From Oopsacas minuta (taxonomy: Eukaryota > Animalia > Porifera): DNA of 64,000 nt. The stretch is from positions 620,605-684,604 of the forward strand of contig JAKMXF010000199.1 in NCBI GenBank assembly GCA_024704765.1, written 5' to 3'. Below, piece by piece: positions 1-13,665 of this stretch (position 1 is the first letter of the stretch; each line of letters begins with the position of its first letter). The notes under the pieces are model-generated. The model saw only the letters and a program-made list of their open reading frames with translations, had not been told where the DNA came from and did no database searches. The translations under genes and the position numbers were made by a program.

Positions 1-1647
1 CTTCGTTTATTATAGAAACAACATCAGCGGGAACTCCTAATTTCAATTCATCCCTCCGTCTGATTATACTCACTAAAGAGTCACGATGACCTTTGACACT
101 CGTTAAGCAATAATATAGTGAGCTCCAACGAGTTTCGCAATATCTTTGTAAAACCAGTGCATCACTTGCAGCCTTAAGTTCTTGACTTGATCTTGTTGAG
201 TATCTAGAGTAACTAACAATTCGAGTTGTAGAAAGTACTATGTGATGTACCCAATCTGATTTCTTGTATATTGTAGTCGGTACAAGGTTGCATAGGTGTG
301 CTATACACCTACAGTTAAATAGTGCCCCAACTTCAGTGTCCTCACAAAGGAGTGTCAATGCACCCTGACAGATGCTTCACCATCAGCCACGATTCCTATT
401 ATTTTTGGCACTTCAGTTGTTAAAGCTCTCTCATGTAAATCTGATTTCAGTTTCAATATAGCACTCTTAAGAAACGCATAAATCTCTGGAGCACCATGCT
501 TCTGCTGCTTAAACGCTGTCTGATCATAAAGTAACAAAATTTGTTCTTCTGAATCCAACTTATGACCAGTAATTAATAAACAAAATAGCGAATTGCGAGC
601 CATTGTTGTCCATCCATCGCATTCACATGTGATATAAGGACATTTTGCGATAGCAAATAGTAGACTTTCACGAGCTTCAGTGCTAAGCTGAGGAAGTGTA
701 GTTTGTTCTAGAGTGGATGATGAAACATTTGGAGTAAACGACGATATCTTTCTTGCTAGTTTATTGAACCAAAAATTCTCTACGAATCGCGTAGATATAC
801 CAATTGACACTCCAAAGTGAACAAGCAGCTTACGAATAGTAAGAACCTTGAGATCTCCAGGAACAGCAAAAGGATAAGAGCTTCGGTGCTTAGCCTTAGA
901 TAGCTTACTAATATCGGAAATTCTTTGTGGGGAATAACACCTACGTCGTAAAGATGAGAGCTTCAGGTTTTCCGAGAACGGAGTACTGACTAAAAGAGGT
1001 GTCTCGATTTCTTTGGAATCACATTTGATTCCAAAGAACTTTTTTTCATGAACTGGAGACAAAGTAATAGCTGATGAGCAAACATCTGGAAGAGCTTCGC
1101 TATAGAATTGTGATTCTTCTGAATCTGTATGGGTACTGGAAGTAACCAAGTCTCTTTCGAGTAAACCATGTGCTAACTTTGATGTGCCTTTAGGTAGTTG
1201 TAGATTGCCGTTGATATACCATTCTTTCAATTCGTCAAATAATGTTTTATGTTCCGCGGAGAATGCTTCTAGTCTGGAGCAACTAGATGTACCTACCCCA
1301 AAGAAATGTCGATTCATAAGGTTCAGCTTGGACATCATCAGATCTGAGCTACAATAAAGACATTGAAGCCAATAGGAGTTACCGATTTTTGGTCCAACGG
1401 GTAATAAAAAAGAGTATAAAGGACTTGAAAAAGTTCGTGCTGGAGGCCATGTTATTCTGTTAACTGAAGCTTCTTCCCTCAGCAAATCATAGTTCACACG
1501 ACCATTGGCAATCTTAGAAAGGGGGCACGAATTTGGTTTCCACGTTCGGGGTTCCCGGTTCTGGGGAACGTTAGAATGAGGCATCCTTGTTAGAGACTTT
1601 GACAGGAGCTTTTTCTTCTTTAGTCCTCCAGCATCATGTGTTGTCAT
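1..1647 (-). pseudogene. hAT-superfamily transposase (BED-finger/DUF659-like), one frameshift near 360, runs off the window start
   Basis: ORF 355-1647 has a BED-like LQCLYC...RHF motif, the first catalytic D in CECDGWTT, and IVADGEAS. Shifting frame at ~360 gives an open continuation RCIAHLCNLV (CxxH motif) ... LQRYCETRWSS (TRW motif) to base 1. Confidence 0.85.
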
Positions 1648-1980
1648 GTGAGTCCAGTAGTAAAACAGAAAAGGCTAAAATCAATTAAAATCTAACCAAA
1701 AAAGCTAATTTGATAGGCAGTCGAGCATTATCAGTCAGGTAAAATTGATTGGGAGGAAATAATGAAAAATCGAGTAGAAAGAGGTATAAATGTAATTGTA
1801 GTTAATGTTCAATTAGACTAGTATCAATGAACACAAACACAAACATGATGTAGAAATTAAGGTTGATCAATATAGCTATTGAGTGTGTGAACTTACGAGG
1901 GCCAATAAAAAGTAAATTACTAGTAGGTAATTATTTCGCAATAACATGGAATAAATACGATAGAATAAATGAAATTTTTC

Positions 1981-2098
1981 ATAACTGGTTATAACTGGTT
2001 ATAACCAGTTACGTACAAAGTTATAACCGTAAGAAAAGGTTATAACTGGTTATAACCAGTTACGTACAAAGTTATAACAGTAAGAAAAGGTTATAACT
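1981..2098. repeat. 51-bp tandem repeat (2 copies plus partials), each copy containing an 18-bp perfect palindrome
   Basis: Units 1990-2040 and 2041-2091 differ at one base. Palindrome AACTGGTTATAACCAGTT at 1993-2010 and 2044-2061. Confidence 0.9.
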
Positions 2099-2099
2099 T

Positions 2100-2925
2100 A
2101 GAAGCCGACTCAGTGTGCTATCTATGATAGAAATAGAAATCTTTACCCAAAGGATTCCCTGGGCTCCAGGACTGCTTCCTCTCCTGCAAAGTCCCATTGG
2201 ATATTCCGCTTGCGCATAAGTTTCATTTCTAACGCATATTCTTCATGGCCAACTCACTCTACGCCGTAAGCCTCAAAACGATCGAACTGGTCACGAATCT
2301 GCTGTACGAAGTCGATCAAACCCTTCAACAAGCCTACAGCTGTGCTCAAAGCTATGCCAGCCGTCTGCAATGTGACACTTATCTTGTTGAACTGTGACAG
2401 AATTTCAAACCATACCTCAGTTAAAATGCTCTAATCAAGCTGGTCCATAAGATCCCGCATACCTCGGCCTTTACCCGGGCATTAGCGGTCTGGCGAACAA
2501 CGGCGTGTAAAACTCTCCGTTCCAAAAAGTGCACTGCTCGGATTGAAATTAGCATGTGCTTTTGGGCAGTGTGTGCTGACCCTTTTGCCTCACTATTCGG
2601 ATATTGGTTAGTTTATCTTCTCCCACCAACCAATATCATTGAGGTACTGATTTAAATCTGAACAAAGTTCAGCCTCTGCGACTCGAGTGCTAGCGCTGAA
2701 ATGTTTAGGAAAGGTTCTTATGTCATATCTGTATGCATGAATTTACTAATATCACTTTGGTCAGGTGACTGAGATTGAGATTCGACTCGAGCACTAGATT
2801 GAGTGGGTGCGAATATCTTGTCCAACAAAGGCATCTTAGAGAGCACCGCAGCATCAGATGCCTTCGGGCATCAGCCATTTGCGCTTCGCAGAACCAGATG
2901 TGTTCTTATGCGTTGATACTCTGAT
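2100..2925 (-). mobile_element. Internally deleted, decayed ZMYM1-like hAT transposase
   Basis: Minus-strand translation gives an N-terminal SGSAKRK...GAL*DAFV and NDIGWW, joined to a mid-protein segment MRDLMDQLD*SILTEVWFEILSQFNKISVTLQTAGIALSTAVGLLKGLIDFVQQIRDQFDRFE typical of this family. Several stops. Confidence 0.65.
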
Positions 2926-3486
2926 ACTGGATCACGAGTTAGATTGCAAGGTAGGTATATAGTATCGCTCAATATCAATCATACCTATGGTAATGGACCA
3001 AACATTGTAGTGTGCACAACACTTCAGGGTAATAAATAATAAAACATCCCATTTAACGACAAGATACATTCAAACTCTTCATACAATAATAGTCTATAAT
3101 TCACAGTCTGGAGCCAAAAGAAACCTATTCCGTAGATACTTTGAAAAACAAATGATAACTATTCAAAATTACTGAGGAACTATTGATAACCAAATTTAAT
3201 TTAATGAAGTACCTATTACCTTCCGAAAATCCTCATATTCCAGCATTTGGGATAATCTTCCCATGTTGGAACCCTTGCTGGCCTTGTTTAATCAAGTATG
3301 TGCAACCTCTTATCTTACTGTAGCGGGCACTTTATGTTTGGCTCTTTGCGGAAATCCAAGAGATAAATTTATGCGGCCCTGTGAGCATTGCCTCATCGAT
3401 TTACACATAGATAAATACTTTGTCATATACTTGGATTAATCCTTTAAGGTCGTACTTAAAAATGTATGTATTATTGTTTCTTTGTA

Positions 3487-4750
3487 CCGAGTGTTCAATA
3501 AGTGCGAGTAAAAGTATGCTTACAGTACAGATAGATATAAAAGTACTATTTCAAATGTTCGAAATACTCCCCATTAGCATCAATACACCTTTGACACCGT
3601 TCTAACCACATGTCAAATAGTCTTGAGTAGCGACTTTCTGGTATGAGGTCAATTGCACCCAAAAATGCGGCGCTCAGCTCTGTTTCCGAATCAAAACGTC
3701 TACCTTTTAGGTGGCGTTTTATAGTAGGAAACAACCAGAAGTCACAGGGGGCTAGATCTGGGCTATAGGGCGGATGATCGATCAATTCTAGCACCGATTG
3801 TTTGATATAGTCCTTAGTTTTTCGTGCAGTGTGAGCGGAGCATTGTCATGGTGGAATTTCATTCCGCGAAGACCAGTCTTTGGGCGCAACCTCTCGACAG
3901 CTTGGAATACTTGCGGAAGACAATTTTCAATGTACCAAGTTGCAGTAACAGTGTGCTTCCCAGGACCATCACATATTCTATTATCCCTCTTGTAGAGAAG
4001 AAAACAGCAAACATTCGCTTGCCGACCGCCCTAGTTTGCTTAGGAATTGTGTCCGGTTGCTCGTCTTCAAAGATCCATTTTGAGCACTGCTGCTTTGATT
4101 GAATGTCGTAATAATAGATCCATGTCTCGTCACCAGTTATGACTTCTGACCAGCGTCGCGAATCTTTTTTGGAATACTTTAGCAGCAAAAACGACAAAAT
4201 TCTAGTCAACGGTTTTTTGCTCAAAATTTAATAAATGGGGGACCAACTTAGAACAAGCCCTCTTTAGCCCAAGCTGTTGGTGTAAGATGGTTTCTATTGT
4301 CCCCGATGAGACCGAAACCTCGAAAGCTAACTGTCTGACAGTGATTTGCCTATCCTCAGTTACTAGCTTCGATACTTTGTCGATATTCTCCTCATCGTCA
4401 AGGGATGTGTGGCCTAAACGGAATTGACGATACCACTTGTAGATGTTGGATTTGGTTGGCCTTTGATCCCCAAAGATAGAAAACATCTCACAACTGCAAT
4501 CCGCAACGTTTAATCCACGCCTGAAATTGTAGAAAATGATGGCACGGAAATCTCTCTTATTCAAATTTTCAATAATATTAAAATATTGAAAGTGAAGACT
4601 ATAAAATTGGCTACAAAAAATCGAGTATAATATTTATAATCCTGAAATTTGGTTAGGAAGTATGGATTCCCTAGGTATGTATGTGGTTACGTTAAATTAG
4701 CTCCACTGTAAGTGCTTTATATAGTTTACTCGAACTTATTGAATACTCTG
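3487..4750 (-). mobile_element. Mariner (DD34D) element, full length, transposase frameshifted
   Basis: TA-flanked ~28-bp TIRs (CCGAGTGTTCAATAAGTGCGAGTAAA vs right-end reverse complement CAGAGTATTCAATAAGTTCGAGTAAA). Fragments 4202-4564 (HTH), 3859-4224 (ITGDETW) and 3546-3794 (HPPYSPDLAPCDF). Confidence 0.93.
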
Positions 4751-5295
4751 TATAATTAAAGTGATAAATGATACATCCTAAATTTGACAGATTTACATAG
4801 TGCAAAGTATAAGTTTGCCAGCGTAGATAAATAATCATGGATGGTGGATTACGTTCCTTTTTTGTTTGATATTAATTCCTCCTCTAATAACGCATCAAAA
4901 TTCCTTAACTACATCCAAGCATGTTTAATCACTTATTCATGGGAAACACCTAAATAATAAAGAAATGAGTGCTTCAATATTCCTTTTGAATAAAATTCAA
5001 GTAGGAATGCGACATCAAACATTCATGGTGAATATCCGATAAGCATATACAAAAATGCTCCTCATTCTGGTAGCTCAAATTCTTTAAATCGACGTTGTAA
5101 TGTTACTTGCTGGCTGCTTGCTAGTTCGTTCCACGACGTCTGGCACCTGCACAAACATCGCTTCAATTTCAGAAAGACTCCGTTGGTAGTTTCGGAGGGA
5201 TTGAAAATCATATAAAAGGGTCTCGTGTGCAAAGGAGTTGAGGCTACTGAGCTTGATCGTTACTAACAATGCTATGTAAGATGAGCCCATCAGGT

Positions 5296-6276
5296 ACTCA
5301 AGAGTTTATTCATGGAAATTTTATTCTTGAAGATGGTCCTCGTACTGGTAGGCCCAGTATTACACACACGGTCGAAAATGTAGAGCTTGTGTTGGACGAA
5401 GTAACAAAAGACCCTCATGTTACTTACGCCCAGTTAGAACATGAAACCAAATTGTCATCGGGGAGTATAAATGTCATCTTACATAAAGAGCTCGGTCTTA
5501 GAAAGTCATGTGCACGTTGAATTCCGCATTCTTTGTCGTCCGATCAGAAAAGTGTTGAGTGGACTTCTGCAAAATTATGCTTAAAGACTTGTTAATGGAA
5601 CTTCTAGAGCTGTTTCTGAATTACTCACAGGCGATGAGACATGGATATACCACTATGATCCAGAAACGAAGAGACAATCTAAGGAGTGGGTCGAAGAAGG
5701 TGGTTTACCTCTAACAAAGTTCCGAGAATTAGATCAGTCGGAAAGCAGATGTGGGCGATTTTCTTTAGACGTAGTCGATTTGTTGAAGGAATTGCACTCG
5801 AGGATAGGAAGACAGTCACCGCTGATTGGTATACTACAATATGTCTTCCGAAAGTATTCAGTGCTATCGAAAAACAACGTGAGAAGTCAGGTGTCCGAGG
5901 AATCCTGCTTCACCACGATAATGCTTCATCACATACAGTACTAAGAACTCGTGAGTTTTTAGAGAATTACAGGATCGGAACGCTACCCCACCCACCCAGT
6001 CCAGATCTAGCCCCTTGCGATTTTTGGTTATTCCCAAAGCTGAAAGATCAACTTCGTGGGAGGAGATTTATCAGCAATGAAGAGTTGACCGGGGCACTTT
6101 TCTTAGCAATTGAGGAGATACCCAAGAAGAATGGAAAATGTCCTTTGATACCTGGTTTCAACGCATGAAAAGGTGTATAGAGTGTCAGGGCGAGTATTTT
6201 GAAAAAATGTGACCATATAATATGTAATACCTAGTATATAAGTATAAAAACGACAAAACTTTTCGAGTGCCCATCG
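5296..6276 (+). mobile_element. 5'-truncated mariner element
   Basis: EDGPRTGRP, TGDETW, HHDNASSH and HPPSPDLAPCDFWLF motifs across broken frames. Right TIR AAAACTTTTCGAGTGCCCATCG followed by TA. No left TIR or first HTH found. Confidence 0.88.
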
Positions 6277-6329
6277 TATATATAAATATTTGCAAATGCT
6301 GACCTAATGAAATTTACAAAGTTTGCCTC

Positions 6330-7300
6330 TGATACTGTATTCAGTAGTGACTTTTGGTAGTATTCATTTTCCTCTCACACTTATATTTGTCTCCCAAATT
6401 TTACCAAATCTAGAATGCCCAGATTCTGTTCCTTGTTCAAAATGCCCCTAAACCCATTTCACAGGAAGATAGTTCAGAACGAAAGAGATTAAGTGTCGAC
6501 ATCATACAACATGTACTTTTGCAGAACAAGGGAGGCCTGATTGGATAAATGCATGCTCAAATTGAAAGACTGACATTTTGAAATCTCTTATAATCTATTT
6601 CCCAAAGCAAGAGGTAACAGCATCGCTGAATCTTACAATCGCGATATAAAATGAACTATTTTTGGCTAATCCAAGATTATTCACTTCCTTTGTGATTTCC
6701 TCATTGAATTACCTTCAAAAGTTCCCCATGGTAACAACTTTTCTGTACATTATATTATCTGAGTAATGCTTCATGGAATTCCTTTCTAAGGAGCTTAGCG
6801 GATGATCGTGGTTCCATTCACGATTACTCCCTCTGTCCAAATTACGCCCTATACAAGCGCGAGATCCAGGCATCAATCCCGTGCAATACCTAGCAGCTTT
6901 CAAATCTAGTGTAAAAGATACATTGTATTTTATATCAATAATTTATTTGTTCATCTTGTAGCATGATTGAGAAGTTATTCTCCTGACCACTCATACCCAT
7001 AGGTATACTTGATTGTCAACTGAACTATCATACAGTGGACAGAAAAGAGTTTGAGTGAATCCGCGTCCAAAATCTAAAATCTACACCATGCTTGAAAAGA
7101 AAATTACCGAACAGATAGTTCGCAAGTGACATTTAACATCTTTTCAATAAAAGTATTAATATCACAACATCCGACACCATGTATATATAAAATCTGGCGG
7201 GTATTTTCTTTGAATAGTCCAAATCAACTTGGACACATTCAAAAATTTCGTCACATATCAAATGACGCTCCATGTAATAGCGATCCATTGATAGACAAGA
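6330..7300 (-). pseudogene. Heavily decayed Chapaev-like (CMC-superfamily) DDE transposase core
   Basis: Collinear motifs across frames: LDFGRGF (first D), LDLKAARYCTGLM (second D), CYHG-TFEGNSMRK, VTSCFG, GLPCSAKVHVV, EQGTESGHSRFGKIWE (catalytic E region). Confidence 0.6.
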
Positions 7301-8580
7301 GACTCGAACATCCCTAATAATTGAGTGACCAACTTTAGCAACGTATTTGACATTGATCCTGAAGACTTTAATGTAGCAACATGAGAAAATGCATTTTTGG
7401 ACATTTCCAGGAGGTTCATCTGTACTGGAAGAGAAGACAGTTATGTTCTATGATTTGGGTATTTGAAGAGATTCATTTTTGCTGTATTTTGCTCTCTGAA
7501 GTACATTATCAACGAAGAAAGTTCCAAGAGCTTGATGATGTTCAGGATATATTCAGACACTTATTAGACATTTTAAGACTTTTCTGAGGTAGTTAACAAT
7601 TGGCCTTCCTTGCTTTCCATAAATTATTGAAGACCGAGCTTGATTGTTACGATCGAATCTTGAACTTTCAATACAAATGGAACACAAGTTTACCTCACTG
7701 CAGGAATTTAAGCGAGTGTGGCGAATGGTGTGTCAATCTAATCGAGTAGCTATTTTCTAGTAACGCCAGTAGATGTATTGTCAGAGTGGCTTCACCAATT
7801 CTTTAAAGCGAATTTTCATCATCCCATAAGCTTTCGAAAATGCAACCATTAAATTCAGCATAGTCTGAAGCCTGAAATCGTAATTTTCTTGAGAAAATTC
7901 CTTTTACTTTGTAATCAAATGTCATGCTCAGTGGGTGACTATAATGAATTCATTATTCACATTTATTATATAAATATACATAGGCGTATAATTCTCGCTA
8001 TCTAAAAATACTCATCAGAATGACACCTCATAGTTTTAACCTATTATTAGTTCAGAATATAATCTTCTCAATTATGATAAAAGCTGAGCATTTCACTTTG
8101 AATATTTCTCCATGGTTCAGTTAATTTTTAAGTCACATAATGTATCCTGACACATTATACCTTGGTCTAAAGACCTCTCAAACTCACTGTGGCCAGTCGT
8201 GGTCAGGTAATATCAAGTTTCAGGGTGATTCATTGTAATATTATCTATAATTTTGAATTAAATCCAGCCTCCCCCGAATTAACACCAAGAATTTTTAATA
8301 GAGCGACCCGGTAATTTTTAAGAATATAAGAATTTCAGGAATTCATAATATATACACTAGATTTACTAAATTTCTAGCAACTATTTCGAATTCTAAATGA
8401 AAATCCAGGAAGTACTTGATTTTCTTCTTTCTCTCATCCATGATTTAGAATAGCAGTCGATTCCTTCATCTAGATATTTGATCTTTCAGATTGCGAATTC
8501 TCCTCTATTCGGAGAAGATTCTGCAAAATTGAAGTCTGAACGTGATGCTTTCAGTCAGCTAAATGACCTATCTGTCCAGT

Positions 8581-8706
8581 TCTGATAGGTTTTCGCAACG
8601 TTCTTACAAGTGTAAGGAATGTAAAAGAATCGGACACACCTACAGGCTGAAATGTACAAATTTGCTTCCCCAGACTATTGATCAAGACATGTTATCTGAT
8701 TCGTAA
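8581..8706 (+). other. Isolated zinc-knuckle-like coding remnant
   Basis: Frame reads RSYKCKECKRIGHTYRLKCTNLLPQ (Cx2Cx4Hx5C). No start codon or wider context. Confidence 0.3.
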
Positions 8707-9425
8707 ATATTTGAGTAGCGTCTTGCATTCATTCTTCAACTTCCATTCAAATAGTTTTCGAAAGCGGTCAAAGGCAAGGTACATCCCAATCATGGCGAGC
8801 TAGATAATGGAAACGCGACCCGCAACGGCATATTCCCAGTGGCGAAAACGTTAAGTACCTTTGATCCGTCTGAAGTTTATTGCGGGAAAGGCGACGCAAT
8901 TGAGGAGTCAAGATCAGGACGAAACATTTGGATCGCAATAATGCAACAATAGTTATGTTGAAATTTATCGGATAATTAACTGTCGGTATTAAGAAAAAGC
9001 AAAAGTTCGAAGTTACCCTAAAATTTCTAGATTTTATGTTTTTTCGTTGCTTAGATCAAATTACTATTGCCGTAATAATACAACAAAATGAACGTTAAAT
9101 TGATAATCTATAAACTTTATCCCTTGGTACATTATTTCAGTGTAAACACTTTATCTGAATAACTGAAATAACGCATATTTCCGGAATTCAACTTAAATAA
9201 TTTTGCTTACGTCCTCATGACAAGAAAATAGAAGCCATATAAATCTTGAATCTGGACAATCTACTTTAAATGGTGATTAACCCATAATCAAATAATATAT
9301 TTTATGCACCTAACTCCATCCTAGATAAATTTTACGTCGGTTTATATTTTTCGAAATTGTGGTTGCGTCATCATAGCTCAAATAATAGAAGTCATACCGA
9401 AAATATTTTGCTGTCAATCAACTAG

Positions 9426-9653
9426 TTATATGCAATAACCCATGGATACATAATACATTTTATGCACTTTAGATGTACCCAAGACCCTAAAGCCTGCGAA
9501 TAGCCATTTAAAATCACTGTGATTGTACATGTAAAGTTTACAGGTATTACACACAACATAAGGGCTGTTCTCATCAAATATATCGATTTCATCGTAATCT
9601 TGACTGAATAAATTACCCAACTTTTGAATCTTTGATGTCATTATTTGGTACAA
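9426..9653 (-). pseudogene. Probable N-terminal Zn-binding fragment of the Chapaev-like element
   Basis: IFDENSPYVVCNTCKLYM resembles the D-x-P-x-x-x-C-x2-C N-terminal motif of this family. Same strand and upstream of the 6.3-7.3 kb core. Candidate CAC-type terminus CACGGGTCATAG on the minus strand ending at 10120. Confidence 0.4.
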
Positions 9654-10500
9654 AAGTTTTCTCTACCTTTGAATAGTACCAGCGACAGATCAGAGTTTTG
9701 GCGAATTTATGTTCACTACTCATGCTGAAATTAATAATTGAATTGCAATATATTGAATTCAAATAACTTAGATATAATTAAGTCTACTTGTTGCATAAGG
9801 CAGAGCAAAAACTGTGTTCCTATGGTGATAATCGATATAGATAGGAATTCGCTATGAATACAATTTCTGTACCCCAAATTATTGCTAAGTTACATTGCTT
9901 AATTAAGACAAAAAGTATAACATAATTGTTTAGATATCCAAAATTAAATTTTCATGAAAAATAGCTTTATTCCAAAAAATATTAGATTTTTGTACATTTA
10001 GACAGAAAAAATTTCGAGATCAAATTCTGAATTCTTATAACTCCTAACTTGGAAACATTCAAAAGCTCACCGACCTCATTTATTTTCTCAGTATCTTACT
10101 TAAGTTACCTATGACCCGTGTTCATAATATCCGATTCCCGGCCGAAGTGTTTGTTCGTAAAAAAATGGAACACGTAATTTTAACACTTCGTTTTAACCAT
10201 TTCCCGCACTCAATACAAGATTTCAGTACATCATTGACGTTATAACATCACACATTTTCCCTGTCGTATTCGGTTAACGAGGTTCTACTGTATTTATATA
10301 TTACACTAACCAAGCATATGTATCTCAGCTCAGCAGAATAATCAATTACATATCCTGGCTATGCTGCGAATATTTGAATATCCACACTATAATATTCCTG
10401 TAAGAACTATATAACTGTATTAGTTAAAATTATCCTGACTAAACCTCTGAAATCTGGATCAGTATATATTCTATAGCCACACTTTGTTCATTAACAGGGT

Positions 10501-13500
10501 CAGGGACGGATTGGCCTACGGGGAGACCGGGAGATTTCCCGGTGGGCCGATAGGTAGATGGGCCGGTGAGCTTCTGACACCCCCTACGCAAAACCTTTCA
10601 AACACAATATCCGAACTGGGTCCACACCTGTACCATGTAAATACTGTTGAGCGATCGAAAATATGGAGATTTTTAGTGTCAGCCCCTAGCATTAGTTTTC
10701 AATTTAATTATATTATTTAGTTCTCAATTCTTAGATTATTTAATATTATTACTACAAATAACGTTATGGCAGATGGATATAACAAGCAGAAAAGGAAAGG
10801 AGGAGCTGAAAAAATTCGGGAAAAAGAGGTTACAGCTCAAAGATGCTGCTAATCAACCTGGACAGCAGAGAATTGGATCGAGAACTTCATCTGAATCCAA
10901 TATACCTATGCAAATCGGGGTCTGTATTGCTGTAGCTGATTCCTCAGTTACCAAAACAGGTAGTGAACAAATACAAAAATGTAGCATAGAATGTCAAGGA
11001 TCTGATACTGATTCCAGTGGAGAACAGATGGATGACTACACTTCAGAAGCTCATGTTGCTGTCCCGACTAATGTACTCAGAACTGAAATCGGGACAACAT
11101 TATATGAAGATGAATTGACTATGGAGCAATCCCAGGAATATAGGGAAGAAGCACATAATGTTGGCTTACCAGAATGTGTAGATGCATATTTCACCAAACC
11201 TACAGAAAATGAGAGAAATTCCTTTTTCCATTACCACCCACAACAAACACTTACTAAGATTCCATTCAATCCAGAAAAAGCATATAAGAGGGGTGGCTTT
11301 TCATGTCATTGGTTAACATATTCTGAATCTAAAGAGGCTTTATTTTGTTCTGTCTGTCTGGCATTTAGCAAACCGTCTGAATCCAACAAATTTACTCTTG
11401 GAACGAGTACTTGGAAGCATGTTTATCAAAGAATTGAAAAACATGAAAGTTCTCAATATCACAAGCAAAATACAGATGCTTTCTTAATACACTCTTCTGA
11501 ATGTGATATTTCCTTTCTTTTGGTAAGAAACGCTACAAATATACGCAAATCACAGGTTATTCAAAAACGCAAAGTTATGGAACGAATTATTGATATACTC
11601 ATGTTCATAGGAAAGCGTGGTCTGAGTTACAGAGGTAATAAGGCTGAAAGTGCCTTTCTTTTGGATGATCCGTTAATTGATCATGGTAATTTTTTAGAAC
11701 TTTTATTGTTATTGTCAAAATACGATGAAATACTAAGAGTTCATCTTGACAAAGTCATATGTGAGAGCAAGAAGAGACACAGTTCGCTTTGTGAAGGTCA
11801 AAAAGGCCGTGGATCTCTCATCACCCTTATTTCCACAACTACGTTAAACTATATTCTTGAGGCAATCCATCAGTTACAGCTTGATTTAATAGTTCAAGAA
11901 GTGAAAAAGCCGGGATCTATTCCATTCAGATCGATACAACTCAAGATATTACAACTACAGATCAGTGTTCAGTAATTATTCGTTATGTAACTGATCAAGT
12001 ACATGAACGTCTTCTTGCTTTTGTAGCCAGTAACTCAGGTAAGGGATCAAGGTTATTCGAAATGCTTCACACTATTTTGAAAACCAATAATTTGAAGATT
12101 TCTCATTGCGTTTCTGACAGTAGTGATGGTGCAGCCAACATGGCTGGGCAGTATAATGGCCTCAATGCATGGATAAAACAAGCATCGCCTAATCATATTC
12201 ATGTATGGTGTTATGCACATGTATTAAATCTGGTTATCACAGAAGCCACAGCCTCAAATTCAGCTTCTATTTTTCTTTTTGGATTACTGAACTCCTGCGC
12301 TACTTTTTTCTCTAATTCCTACTTGAGAATGAACGCCTGGAAAGGCAATCTCAGTGAATCAAAAGGATCACATAAGCTGAAACGTCTTCAGGCAATAGGA
12401 ACTACTCGTTGGTGGTCAAAAGACAGTGCACTAAAAAGTATTTTTAGGAATTGGAAAGATCCTTTCAATGCATTATTTGTAAATCTTATTGAAGTTTTTG
12501 GATTCATTCTCCAAAGCAGCTGAAATGAACGCAAAGGCAAGGTTTGATGCTCAGGCATTACTGAGTGGCCTAATAAAATATGAAACAATTTTGGTTGCAC
12601 ATATCTACCTTAGATAATTTCAAGTGACTACTCCACTTTCCGAATACCTTCAAACTTCTGGTCTCGACTTCATTCAAGCTCAAGGAATGACTGTAACAAC
12701 TATGGAATCCCTTAAGAGAATGAAAGATGAATTTGAGTCCATTATACTTACTTCTAACAAATTCATTGAATCTCAAAATGAAAAGCTAGAAATATTAGAC
12801 TGTGATATTTTTCTTGATAATTCACTTCCTCTTAGAAGATACAGAAAGAAAATATAATGCTAGGTGATGAAGCACCAGATGAGTCACCAACTGATGCACT
12901 GGAAAGATTTAACATTGAAACTTTCAATGTAATTATAGATACAACAATACAAAGTACAGAAAGAAGGTTTCGAATACATGAAGGTCTCTATGCTTCGATT
13001 TCTTACTTTGATCCTCGTAATTTTGACAAGATAATGTTACAAAATACCTTGCCGGATTCCGCACTGGAAAAGGTGTCTACTTTACTTAAACAACATTTTC
13101 CAGAAATCCAAGTGGATGATTTAAGAGATGGACTCATTTCTCTTGCTAATAATTGGTCAGCATTCCAGAAAGTTCTGCCTGAAAACTATCAAACACTAGT
13201 TGAAAATGAAAGTGATGATCTGGAAACGGGACACGAAAAGAGCTGCAAGAACTGTATGACATGTGTTTACACGTGTCTATTAAGATACAATATGTATGTA
13301 AGATCATACCCTACACTTTTTGCGGCTTACAATTTTCTATTGACAACATCAGTTACACAAGTTGCATGTGAACGATCGTTCTCTAAATTGAAGCACATCA
13401 AAACAAAATATCGCAATCTTCTAACACAAGAACATCTGGAGGGATTCATGATGATGTGCGTAGAAAAGGACATTTTAGTCCAAGTAGACCCCGAGAAAAT

Positions 13501-13665
13501 AATCAATCATGTTGCGAATAAAAGTCAGGAATTATCAAAGCTTTCACAGTTTTAGGTTTGAAAACATCATATAGAATTTTGTATAAAAAATAAATCTGTA
13601 TTTAGTAAAGTGGGCCGGTTTAATAATATTTTCCCGGGCCGAATATTTGAGCCAGTCCGTCCCTG
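10501..13665 (+). mobile_element. Full-length ZMYM1-like hAT element (3165 bp), transposase with several frameshifts/stops
   Basis: TIRs CAGGGACGGATTGG / CCAGTCCGTCCCTG (13/14). 8-bp TSD AACAGGGT / ATCAGGGT (7/8). Motifs KRKGGAEKIREK, TTF-type finger LFCSVC, IDTTQD, DGAANM, CYAHVLNL, TTRWW and the dimerisation motif ACERSFSKLK. Confidence 0.95.

Noticed and set aside
1981-2098. Palindromic repeats as a CRISPR array
   Set aside because: The units are contiguous and identical with no unique spacers, there are no cas genes, and the context is eukaryotic.
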